DNA of 64,000 nucleotides from the human T2T-CHM13v2.0 reference genome, Homo sapiens. The notes under the pieces were generated by a model. That model did not search any database. It saw only the letters and a program-made list of their open reading frames with translations, and was not told where the DNA came from. The DNA lies in the NCBI RefSeq assembly GCF_009914755.1, contig NC_060948.1; one strand, 5' to 3'. The translations under genes were made by a program, and so were the position numbers. Positions 1 to 13,636 of the stretch are shown piece after piece (the first letter of the stretch is position 1; each line of letters begins with the position of its first letter).

Positions 1-3000
1 TTTGTATCACCCAGGAAATTTTTATTACATGAGTTAGTGTTGTAAACTACTGTGAGCTTTGTAGAAATGTGCAATGAGTAACCTGACTCTTTGACCTAAA
101 CCTGGTGGTGAGAGGAAAAATCTCTCCTATTGGCTGAATCCCAACATAAGCTTGATCATCATACCTTTGGACTGAAGCAAGGTATTTCTCACATTCCCAT
201 TTTTTAGCAACCTATGCAGAATATTAACATCACTTAGGTTCTTTGTCAAGCAATATGTCATGATGCCCTCTGTAAGCAGCACCTAGGAAAGAGGGCCACA
301 TTAACTGCAGGCTGGAGTCAGCAATATAATACAACCACACGTGGAAGAAATTCAGCAAAGTGGTAAGAGTGAAAACACCTAGAAAATGGGCCAAAGATAT
401 GTCGAAATACCTTCTGCGGTCCTGGCACAAGCAGGAGAGTCACATCATTAGGGTTCTAGGCCAAGAAATATGCCACAATTTTCTCTTTATGCACAACCTA
501 GGCAGAAGAGCAGCTTCATCTGGGTACTGGGCCCTGAAATACGGCAAAAGATCTGTTCCTGGGCGTTGTTCAGTTACAAGATGAGAGTCACATTACCTAA
601 ATGCTGAGCTCATCAATATCTCATAATCTTACCATTGTAAAGCCCTAGACAAAAATAGAGTCACATCACTTAGGTCACAGGCTTAGAAATATGGCCCAAT
701 ATCACCAGTAGGCTGGGTTCAGACAGAAGAAGAGTCATATTACCTAGATGCTTCTTTAGCTATATGTCACAATTTAATATGTGGGTGAAAACCAGGTTGA
801 AGAGCCACATCATGTGGTCCTGGGTACTGAGGTATTCACAAGTCCCTCTTAGAAAAGGACCCAGGCAAGAGAGTTATGTCACCTAGGTGCAGATTCCACG
901 CTTATGTCTCAATACTTCATGTGGGCAGGACCAAGCAGGAAGTCACATCACCTTGGTGATAGGACCAGGTATATATGACAAGGCATTTTTGAAAGCATGG
1001 CCCTGGCAAAAGAGTTCCATCACCATTGTGCCTGGCCTAGCAGTATGTCACTATTCAATTGGGCAAGTTTCAAGCAGAAGAGCCGTATCACCTACACGAT
1101 AGGTCCTGTGATATGTCAAATGCCCTTTTTTGGGCATAGCCCTGGGAAAAGAGCATCATCACCTGTGTGCCTGGCCTAGAAACAGGTCACTATTTTGCCC
1201 AGTGTTCAAGGCCCTTTCCAGAGAGGAGAGTGACATCTTCTAACTGATGGACACTGCAATATGTCACAATGATATCTGCGAGCATGGCGCAAGCAAGAAT
1301 GTAACGTCACCTGTGTGCTGGATCCAATGATGTTATAATTCTGAGTGGAGGGCCCAGGCAAAAGAGTCACGTCACTTCAAGGTTGGCTTAGGTAGATACC
1401 AAAATCCCATAGGTAGGCTGGAACCAATCTGAAGGGTGAACTCACACAGGCACTTGGCAAAGATTTATATCAGTCATGATGGAATAAAATTCTAGGGATT
1501 AGATTTACAATATCAGGCGTGTTCTATTTTTATGTGGGACAATTGCCTTCATCATCTGTAATGGTGAAAGCCGTTACTGTCAGCTGAATGTACATATGAG
1601 AATCCCAATTTTCTCCATGTGCTAGGCCCTGTTATGACTCTCTCTATACGACACAAGGATGTTATAAAATATGTGTGAATGTTGTAATCTTCTGTGACCT
1701 TTTTACCAGAAGGAGATGCTGGATATCACTTATCTCCCTAAGCCTAGTTATAAGAGTCAAAATGTTTCCTATTGGCTGGGTTCACATATGAGAGTCCTTA
1801 TCATGTATTTTAGATGTGTCTACAGATACGGCGCCATCTCATCTGTGGTAATTAAACAGGCAGAAAACGACATCACCTAAATCCTAAGCCAGAAATACCC
1901 CAACTTTATTTTGTAGAGAGGGCCCTAACAGAAATATGACAAAACTTAGGTGCTAGACTCAGCTCTATGGCATAATGCCCTTTGTGGAGTGTGTCCAGGC
2001 AGTAGAGGAGAGTCATATCACCTAAATGAAGGGCCCAGAGAGATATCACAAAGCCCCCCCTTTAAAAAGCCCAGACAAGAGACTCATGTCATTTGGGTGC
2101 AGTGCTTAGAAATGCTACTCTTCACTGGAAGCAGGGTTCATGCAGAAGAGGAGAGTCATGTAACCTAGACAATGGCTCCAGAGATATGTTATGATCACTT
2201 CCGAGAACCTGTTAGGACACAAGAGTAAAATCACAAAGGTTCCTGGGAAAGGTGTAGGTCCAAATGTCATCTGCGGGCTATAACAAGGCAGGATTATTAA
2301 ATCACTCAGGAGCTGGGTAAAGGTGTATGTCACAATAGTACCTGTGAAAATCTGGGGCAGGGATGAGAGTAATGATCCTGTCCTGCACGTGTCCTGGCTC
2401 TGGGGACAAGCGTCATCATTAGGCTTTTTATCTGGTCTCAGGTAAATGGAACAATATCACCTGTGGGCAGAGAGAAAAAGGAAAGTTCCATCACCTTAGT
2501 GGATGCTGGTCCAGTGAAATGTCTCAATTGTCCTTGTGGCTAGGACTCTGATAGAAGAGTCACATCATCCGGATGCTGGTTTCAGTGACATATAAGATCC
2601 CCCCTGTGAGCAGAACTTAGGCAGGAGAGAAGACAAACTTCACTTAGGCAATTGGCCTGAATATACGTCACAATGGCCCCTATGTGTAGGATCAAGGCAG
2701 GGGAGTAACCCTCGCTTTGGTGCTAGGTTCAGCAACATGTCACAATCTCTCTGGCGGTCAGGGCACAGGCAAGAGAAAAGAAATATCACCTAGTCGCTGA
2801 GCCAAGTAATACGTTACAAAGCTTCCTACTGGCAGAAACTTCATTCTCCAAAAAAGTCACATCACCTGGGTGCAGTACCTAGTTACGTGTCACAATCCAC
2901 CACCAGAAGTGCAGGGCCAAGACAGTAGAAGGAAGTCATGTCACTTAAGTAATCAACTTATATAAAAACCACAGTGCTCTCTGTAGGCAGGCCTCAGGCC

Positions 3001-6000
3001 AAGATTTCACATCAGCCAAGTGCTGATCTCAGTGATATGTAAAAGTGCCCTATGTTTCATTACCAAAAAAGATGTTACTTATTGCTTAGGTGCTTGGTGC
3101 ATGTAAGTCACAATTTCAACTGTGCTCTGGGCCTAGAAAGGAGAGTCAAAACACTCAGATTCTGTGCAAAGTTATACTTCTCAGTTACACACTCAAAAAT
3201 GTTCAGAAATAAGTTTCACAGTCCCACACAAGTCCTGGATTTGGGTATGAGAGTCAACACCTCCTATAAGTTGGGTTGAAGTACAGGTGTCACAATCTCA
3301 AAAATAGGAAAGATCCACATAGAAGAGTCTCAATCCCACTTGAAGATTGTGTTCCAGTAGGAAAGTCAAAGTACCACAGTTTGACTAAATCATAGTTCAA
3401 ACATCACCAAATCACCTATGGATCAGATTCGTGTATGAGAGTAACAATTTCAAGCTTCAACTGCTTATGTGTGTGAGATTTACTACCTCATTTGTAGGCT
3501 CTGTACATGTGTGAAGATGAAAATCATGTCAGTTGTCTATGCATCCAAGAGTCACAATGGAACCTGGTTGCAGGTACCTGTTATGAAACTCTTTGTAACA
3601 TTCAGGCTTTATATGATATGCCTGAGTAGTATAATTTCCCGTAAATTATTACAGGTGGGAGATCTAGGACTTTACCCATGGCCTTAAGACTGCCTGTGAA
3701 AGTCAAATATCTCCCACTGGCTAGGTCTAGGTATGAGAGTTATTATTGTGCTGAATCCAGTTATTATATGAGCTGAATCCAGGTATACATCACAATTTCA
3801 CCTTTGGACAGAGACAAGAGAGAAGAGTTACATTATCTGGTTGCTGAGCAAGGGATACGTTATAATTTCCTTTTTAGTCAGGACCCAGTCAGAACAGTCA
3901 TATCACCTGGATACAGTCTCAGATAATATTATCATGACCACTAAACCCTGGATTGAAAAATAGAGGATTGTCACGCCCCTAGGTGATGGGCTCAGCAATA
4001 TTTTATTATTTCCTCATTAGCAGAGTTCAAGACAAAGCTCACTGGCAGAGTCCAAGACAAAGAAGAGAGTCACATCACCTAGGTTTTGCACTCAGTGGTA
4101 TGTCAAAATTTCTTCAGTGGCCAGAATCCAGGCAGGAGTGGAGAGTCACATTACCTAGATACTATAGTGATATGTCCCAGTGTCCACTGTGGCAGGGCAC
4201 TGGCATGAGAGACACCACATCACCTAGCTGATAGGCCCAGAGATACGTGATAATATCCCCTGTTGGCTGGGTCCAAGAAGAAGTTTCACATTATTAGGAT
4301 TCTGACCCAGTGATAATTCACAATGCACCTATGGGCAAAATTTAAGCCCTAATTCTCAACACTTGGTTACCAGGCCTAGTGATAAGACACACTCTCCTCA
4401 TCTTTTAGGGTGACACCTTTAACTTTCAGCTAAGGTTGAATATTAGAATCACAATCTCACATGTATGCTGGGCCAATGTATGACACTCTTTACATCCGAG
4501 GGCTTTATAAAACCTGCATGAGAGTTGTAAACCTCTCAGCGACCTGCATGCTCATATGGGTTCACAATTTTACACATTGCCCTCAATTCAGATTTGATAG
4601 TCAGCATCTCTTTTATATGTAGGGTTAAAGGAGAAGACCCATTATTATCCCACCTCCAGACAGATCCACATATAAATTCACAATTGCAACTTTGTGCCGT
4701 ATTCCACAGTGGGCATTGTATATGTAGGATGGTGACAACTTTTAATTTTACTGGGGTGTATAATCAGTACTCCAAATCTGAACTTTCTACTGGGCCCTGT
4801 TATGAAAGTTTTTACCACCAATGAGTTTATACAATATAAGTTAGTGTTGTAATCTTTGGACTTTGTACAAATATGCAACTCTCTGTGTACAAATATTACT
4901 CTCTGTGGTTATGAAGCAGGCAGAACAATCACATCACCTAAATTCTTGGCCAGAAATATTCCAATATTCTCTTTGTAGGCAGGATCCTGTAGAAATGCCA
5001 CATAAATTGTGTGCTAGATCCAGCTTGGTGGCACAGTGTCCCTTATTGGCAGTGTCCAAGCAGGAGAGGAGAGCTGCCATATCAGGTAAATGATGGAACC
5101 CAAAATATGTCACTATGCCTCCTCTTGACAGGGCCCAGGCAAGAGAGTCATATCATTTGGATACAGTGTTTAGAAATGATACAGTTACCAAAGAAAATCA
5201 TGTACAGGTGGGAGAGAACAGTCATGTAACCTATGTGATGGGCCAGAAATACGTTACAGTCACGCCTGTGGATATTATTAAGATAACACAGTCAAATCAT
5301 GAAGATGCTTATACCAAGGATTTGTCAAAATCTCATTTTGATGCTATACCTATGCAGAATTATTAAATCACTAAGGAGCTGGGTAAAGGTATATGTCACA
5401 GTTACACTTGTGTATCGCTTTAAGACTAAGAGTCACCATGCTGCACATGTCCTGGCTCCAGATATATGTGTTGTTATTAGGCTTTTATTTATGGTCTCTT
5501 GTATAAGGCACAATATCGGCAGTGGCCAGAGAGAAGAGAAGAAAATCTCATCAGCTACATGGGTGTGGATTCAGTGAGAAGTCACAGTCTACCTTGTGGA
5601 CAGGACCCTGGCAGAAGAGTCAAATCACCTGGATGCTGGTGTCAGTGAAATATCAAAACCTCTTCTCTGGGCAGGATTTTTGCTAGAGAGGACACTCACT
5701 TCACTTGGGCAATTGGCCTAGCTATTTGTCACAATGCTTCTTATGTGCATTACCAAGGCTGGAGAGTGACCTCACAAGGGTGCTGGACCCAGAAATATGT
5801 CACAATCTCCCTGTGGTCAGGGCGAGGACAATGCGAGGAAACATCACCTACATTCTGAGCTAAGTGATATGTTACCATGTTCCAGTTGGCAGAACGCAAA
5901 AAGGACAATGATCTCCTGGACACAGTTTCTGCTTATGTGTCAAAATGCACTGTAAGGGCAGGGCCAAGGCAGTAGAAGGGAGTCACTTCAATTCATGGTG

Positions 6001-9000
6001 GATGTAGATATAAAACACAATTCCTCTTGTAGGCAGGTTTTAGGCAGATAATTCACATCACCTGGGTGATGGTCCCAGTGATATATGAAAGTGCCCTTTG
6101 CAGACAAGGCCAAAGAAGGTATTACATATTTCTTAGGTGCTTGTTCAACATAGGGCACTATTTCATCCGAGTTCTGGGCCTAGAAAAGAGAGTCAGATTA
6201 TTCATGTGCTGGACATGGTTACCTGTCCAAATCACACTCTCAGATATGCTTGGAAATAAGTTTCACATGCCACACAACACCTAGTTTCCTGTACCTGAGC
6301 CAACTCTTTCTATGAGGTAGATCTTAGTAGAGGAGTCACAATCTCAACAATGGTCAAGATTCATGTATAGGAGCCCCAATCCCCCTTGAAGACTGTGTTC
6401 CAGTAGGGAAGACACAACACCACAGGTGTGCTGAATCATGGTTCAAACTTTACCAAACCACCTGTGAATCAGATCTATGTGTAAGAGTAATTATTTAAAC
6501 ATTTGACTGTTTTTTTATGTGTGAGATTAGTATCTCATTCCTACGCCCTGTTCATGTGTGAGAATGACAATCATGTCAGCTGGGTGTGCATTTAAAAGTC
6601 CCATTCTCACTTCATTTCTGGCCTCTCTTATGACACTCATTGTACAATTAAGGCTGTATATGATATACCCGAGTGTTATAATCCTTTGTGAACTTTATAC
6701 AGTTGAAAAACTCAGGACATAACCCATTGTCGTGAGACTGCCTATGAGAGTCAATTATCTCTACTGGCTGGGTCCAGGTATGAGAGTTATTATTCTGCAT
6801 GTGTGCTTAACCCAGATATATGTCAAAACTTGGCCTGTGAGCAGGGACAAGAAAGGAAAGTCACATTACCTGGGTGTTGAGCCAATTATACAGTGTAGTA
6901 TTATTTGAAGGCTGGGCATAGTCAGAAGTGTCAGCTTTATGCTGGTCCAGTGATACAATATAATCTTGGTGATGTGACAGCCTCAAAGATTATGTCACCA
7001 AGCACACTATTGCCAGGAAAAAAAGAAAAAGAGGAGTGTCACTCTACTCTACCTCAGTGCTGGGCTTTGCAAACTGTAATAATCTGCTGGCTTGGAAGAG
7101 TCTAGAATATGAAGGAAAGCCACATCACATAGATTTTGCAATCAGTGCTATGTCACAACTTCTTTGGTGAGCCACACCCAGGCAGGAGAGTAGAATCACG
7201 TGACCCAGATGTTAAGTTAATATTTTCCAATGCCTTCTGGGGGCAGGGAACATGCAGGAGAGAAAAATTCCCCTACTTATAGGTCCAGAGATATGTGATA
7301 ATATCCCCTGTTGGCAGGGTCCAGACAGAAGAGTCACATTACAATGATATGAACCCAGTGATACGTCACAGTGCACCTGTGGGAAAGAATTTATGCCAAA
7401 ATGTCTCAACAGGTGGGTACATGGCCTAGTAATATACCAAATTTTGTTGCCTTTGAGGGTGACACCATTAACTGTGAACTGACTGTCTACATGAATATAA
7501 CAATTTCATGTGTTTCCTGGGCTGTTGATTGACACTCTGTGACATTTGAAGGCTTTATACAGCATGCGTGAGAGTTGCAAACCACTCTGAGGCCTACATG
7601 TTTGTATGGATTCATGATCTTACATATTACCCTAAACTCAGGTATAATAGTCAACATCTCTTCTGCAGTTTGGGTTCAGGGATGAGACAGTTTATTATGC
7701 CTGTAAGCTGGATCCAGAAATGAGTCACCATCCCACCCGTGGCCAGATCCACATATGAAGGTCACAATTCTGATGTTGTACTGTATTCACTTGTTAGACT
7801 CAAGACCTTAACAGTGAGGTTTGGACATATGGAATAGTGACAACGTTTGCTTTTACTTGGTTGTGTAATCGAGAGTCCCAATCTGAATTTTTGCTACTCC
7901 CTGTCATGAAACTCTCTGTACTCCACACATTTATACATTATGAGTTAGTGTTGTAAAGGTCTTTGAGTTTGGTACAAATATGCAACCCACAACCTCACCT
8001 ATTTCCCTTGTTCTAGTGATAAAAGGCAAAATATCTCCTTTGGCTGATTCCCAGTGTAATTTAGACCATCATGCCTGTGAACTGAAGTAAGGTATATGTC
8101 ATAATCCTATTTGTGGGCCAAAACTAGGCAGGGGTGTAACATCACTGTGCTGTGCCAAGCATCATGCCACAATGCCATCTCTAGGCAGCGTATAGGAATT
8201 AAGTCATATTAACTGGGTACTGGACACAGCAATATGACACAATCCCATATGTAGAAAAAGAACAGGCAAAAAATCAGAGCCAAGACATCTACAGAATAAG
8301 CTCAGTATATGTCAAAATGCCTTCTGTAGCTGCAGGAAAGCATGACAGTCACATTTTTAGTGTGCTATTATTATATATTAGTATATGCCATAATTCTCCG
8401 TGTACGCAAAATCCAGGCAAAAGAGTAACATTATATGTGTGCTGAGCCCTGCAATAGGTCAACATTTCTGTTTGTTTGCATGGTTCAAGAGAAATAGCTG
8501 TCAATAAATCTGAGTGCTGGGCTCAGCAATATGTCACAATGCCGTCACTGCAAAGACCAGACTGAAGAAGAGAGTCACTTCACTTAGGTCTTGGGCTCAG
8601 AGATAGATCCCACTGTCCCAGTAGGGCAGGGCATGGGCTGAAAAGGAGAGTCATATACCTAGGTGCTTTCCTAGTTGTATGTCACAATCTAACATGTGAG
8701 CAGAAATCAGGCTGAAGAGCCACATCACCTGGGTAGACCCTCAGGTAATATGTCACCATGCCCAATGTAGACAGATTTGATGAAAAATAAAAGTAAAAAA
8801 AGAATCACAACACCTGGGTGCTGGGCTCAGCAATATGTAGAAATTCCCTGTCTTGGCAGAGTCCAGGACAAATAGGAGAGTCATGTCACCTAGGTTTTGC
8901 ACTCAGTTGTATGTCACAATTTATTTGGTGGACAGGTTCCAGGCAGGAGTATTACCTAGATGCTGTATCTAGTGATATATCACAATGTCCCCTGTGGGCA

Positions 9001-9660
9001 ATGCACTAGCAGGAGAGACATATCACCTGGCCAATAGGCTTGGGGGTGTGTGAAAATATCCCCTGTTTTCAAGGCCATTATCATTATTCTGACCCAGTGA
9101 TATGTGACAATGCCCTTTTGGAAAGGAATTTAAACAAAAATGTCTCAACACTGGGGTATGACGCCAAGTGATATGACACAATCTCTTCACCTTTAACGGT
9201 GACACAATTAATGGTTAGCTAGTTGTTTATATGACAGTCACAATCTCATGTGTGTGCTGACCCTTGTATGACATTCTCTGCAATATCTGAGAACACTATA
9301 CAACATGCCTGAGAGTTGAAAACCTCTCTGAGGCCCACATGCTTATATGAACTCATGATCTTACATATTGCCCTAAACCAAGGTATGACTCTCAACATCT
9401 CTTCTCTAGGCTGGCTTCAGAGATGAGACTGTTTTTAAGCCTGTGACCTGGGACCAGATATGTATGAGTCACCATCCCACCCGTGACAAGATTAGCTTTT
9501 GAAAATCACAACTCCAACTTGGTCCTGTATTCACTTGTTAGACTCAGGACCTTAACAATGAGATTTGTAAATGTGAGAAGATAACAACTTTTACTTGCAT
9601 TTGAATGTGTAGTGGAGATTCACAATCTCAATTTTTTGTTGGGATCCGTCATAAATATCT
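1..9660 (+). repeat. Higher-order unit U1 (type I, with ~1.6-kb internal deletion at ~4880)
   Basis: The landmark GAGTTAGTGTTGTAAA...GCAATGA...TAAACCT...CTATTGGCTGAATCCC..ATAAGCTTGATCATCAT recurs at ~30, ~9690, ~20160 and ~35290, and the downstream sequence is colinear. Confidence 0.75.
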
Positions 9661-10516
9661 CTGTACCACCCAGGAAGGTTTTATGATATGAATCAGTGTT
9701 GTAAGTTTCTCTGAGCTCTGTATAAATATGCAATGAAGGGACTAACTTATTGATGTAAACCTAGCAATGCAAGGCAAAATATCTCCTGTTGGCTGAATCC
9801 CGATATAAGCTTGATCATCATGTTTTTGAACTGAATCAAGGTATCTGTCATAACCCCATTTGTGGGCAAAATCTAGGCAGAAGGTTAACATCACTTAGGT
9901 GCTGTTCCAAGCAATATGTCACAATACTCTACCTAGGCAGGGCCTAGGAAAGAGGGTCACATTAACTGGGGGCTGGAACCAGCAATATGCTACAACAACA
10001 CGTGGAAGAATACCAGCAAAGTTATGAGAGCCAAAACACGTACAGAAAGGGAACAAGATATATCAAAATACCTTCTGTGGCTCTGGCACAAGCAGGAGAG
10101 TCATATCATTACGGGACTGGGCCAAGCAATATGCCCTAATTCCCTCTTTACGCATGACCTAGGCAGAAGAGTAACATCATCCAGGTGTTGGGCCCTGAAA
10201 TACAGCAAAAGTCTTGTTTGTGGGGGTTGTTCAGCAACCAGACAAGACTTACGTTACCTAAGTGCTGGGCTCATTAACATTTCACAGTCTTCTTATTGTC
10301 AAAGCGCAGACAGAATAAGAGAGTCACATCATATAGGTTATGTGCTCAGAGATATGGCCGAATGTCACCAGTAGGCAGGGATCAGGCAGAAAAAGAGAAT
10401 CATATCACCTAGGTGCTTCTTTAGGTATATGTCACACTTTAATATGTGGGAAAAAACAAGGCTGAATACCATATCACATGGTCCTGGGTCCTGAGATATT
10501 CACAAGCCCCCCTTAG

Positions 10517-10965
<449 letters not shown>

Positions 10966-13333
10966 ATAAAACTTTTCTTAAAGCCTGTCCCTGGCTGAAC
11001 AGTACCATCACCTTTGTGTCTGGCCTAGCAATGTGTCACTATGCAGGTGGGCAGATCCCAAGCAGAAGAGTCATATTACCTGCATGATAGGCCCTTTGAT
11101 ATGTCAAAATGCCTTCTTTTGGGCATGGCCCTGGCAAAAAAAAAAAGTATCATCACCTGTGTGCCTGGCCTATGAATATGTGACTATCCTATCCTATGTG
11201 CAGTGCCCATTCCAGAGAGGAGAGTTACATCTTTTAAGTGACGGACACAGTAATATGTCACAATGATGTCTGTGTCATGGTGCAGTCAAGAATATAACAT
11301 TACCTGGTTACTGCATCCAGTGATGTCAAAATTCTTACTGAGAGCAGGGCCCAGGGAGAAGAGTCAAACCACTTCAAGGTTGGCCCTGGGAGATCTCAAA
11401 ATTTTATATGTAGGCTTCAACCAGTCTTAAGAATGAAATCACAATGGTGCATGACAAAGATTTGTATCAGAGTCATGATGGAATAAAATTCTAGAAATTA
11501 GATTTACAATACCACACATGCCCTATTTTCATGTAGAAGAGTTGCCTTCATCCGTCTATGATGGTGAAAGTTCTTGCTGTCAGCTGGGTTTGCATATGAG
11601 ACTGACAATTTTCTCGGTGTGCTAGGCCCTGTTATGGCATTCTTTATACAACACAAGGGTGTAACAAAACATGTGTGAGTGTTATAGTCTTCTGTGACAT
11701 TTTTACCGGGAAGAGATCATTGACATCACTTATGTTCCTAAACCTAGTTATAAAAGTCAAAATTTCTCCTATTGGCTGGGTTCACATATGACAGTCACTA
11801 TCATGGCCGTTAGTTGCGCCTAGGTATATGCTACCATGCTCTCTGTGGTTATTAAATGGGCAGAAAAACCACATCACCTAAACCATGAGCCAAAAATGTT
11901 CCAATATTTTATTTGCAGGAAGGGCCATAACAGAAAAGCCACAAAATTTGGTCATAGGCCCAGGTCGTTGGCATAATGTCCTTGCTGGAGAGTGTCCACA
12001 CAGGAGAGGAGAGTCATATAACCTAAATGATGGGCCCAGAGAAATGTAACAATGCCTCCTATTGAAAGGGCCCAGGCAAGAGGGTCATGTCATTTAAATG
12101 CAGTGCTTAGAAATGCTACACTCTTCACTGGAAGCAGGGTTCATGCAGGAGAGAAAAGTCAAATACCCTAGATGATGGGTCCAGAGATTTGTTACGATCC
12201 CTTCTGAGGACACTGCTAAGACAGGGAAGTCAAATCACCAAGGTTTTTGGCCAATGTATATATCAAACTGTTATCTCTGGGCTATAAATAGGCAGGATTA
12301 TTAAATCACTCAGGAGCTTGGCAAAGGTGTATGTCACAACAACACCTGTGGAAAGGTTCAGGGATGAGAGTCACCATCCTGCAAATGTTCTGGCTCTAGG
12401 TACAGGAGTTGTTGTTATAATTTTTTTATCTTCTCTCAAGTATATGGCACAATATCACCTGTGGGCAGGGAGAAGAAAGGAAAGTCACATCATCAGAGTC
12501 GGTGCTGGTCCAGTGAAATGTCACAATCCTTCTTGTGGGGAGGACTCTGGAAGAAGATTCACATCGCCTGGATGCTGATTTCAGTGATATATCTAAATTC
12601 CTTCTGTGGACAAGGCAGGCGTAGGAAGGAGAGGAGAAAAACTGCTCCTAGGCAATTCGCCTGGATATATGTCACAACTGTCCCTATGGGCAGGAAAATG
12701 CAGGAGAATGACCTCACCTTTGTGCTGAGTTCAGCAATATGTTACAATCTCTCTGGTGGTCAGGGCTCAGGCAAGAGAGAAAAAACATCACCTAGGTGCT
12801 GAGCTAAGTGATATGTTACAAATCTTTCTATTGGCAGAACTCCACCCAAAAATGAGTCACATCACCTGGGTGCAGTATCCTGTTATGTGTCACTAGGCAC
12901 CATAAGTGCAGGACCAAGGCAGTAGAAAGAAATGACATCACTTACATGACAGAGCTAGATAAAAGCCATAATGCTCTTTGTAGCCGTGTTTCAGGCCAAG
13001 ATTTTACATCGGCTGGGCGCTGGTCCCAGAGATATGTAAAAGTGCCCTCTGTCGCATTCCCAAAAAGGTGTTATACGTTGCTTAGGTGCTTGGCGAATGT
13101 ATGTCACAATTTCAACTGTCCTCTGGGCCTAGATAAGAGATGCAAAACACTCATAGGCTGGGCAAAGCCATATTTCTCAATCACACTCTCAAAAATGGTC
13201 AGAAGTAAGTTTCACAGTCCCATACTAGTCCTGCCCTCAGGTATGAGAGTTAACATCTCCTATCAGTTTGGTCGAAGTACAGGAGTCACAGTCTCAACAA
13301 TGGGCAAGATCCATGTATAAGAGCCCCAACTCT

Positions 13334-13636
13334 GGCCAGGCACTGTGGTTCATGCCTGTAATCCCAGCACTTTGGGAGGCCGAGGTGGGTGGATCACCTG
13401 AGGTCAGGAGTGGCCAACATGGTGAAACCCCGCCTCTACTAAACACAGAAAAAATTAGCCGGGCATGGTGGCAGGTGCCTGTAGTCCCAGGTACTCAGGA
13501 GGCTGAGGCAGAAGTATCACTTGAACCCAGGAAGTGGAGGATGCAGTGAGCTGAGATGGCACCACTGCACACCAGTCTGGGCAATAAGAGAAAAACTCTG
13601 TCTCAAAACAACAACAACAACAACAATAACAAAAAA
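13334..13636 (+). mobile_element. AluS (Sq/Sp-like) with a short left-arm deletion and an (AAC)n tail
   Basis: GGCCAGGCACTGTGGTTCATGCCTGTAATCCCAGC start. GGGCAATAAGAGAAAAACTC resembles the Sq/Sp end. TTCGAGACCAGCC is missing. Empty sites at ~3325, ~23330 and ~38575. Confidence 0.88.
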
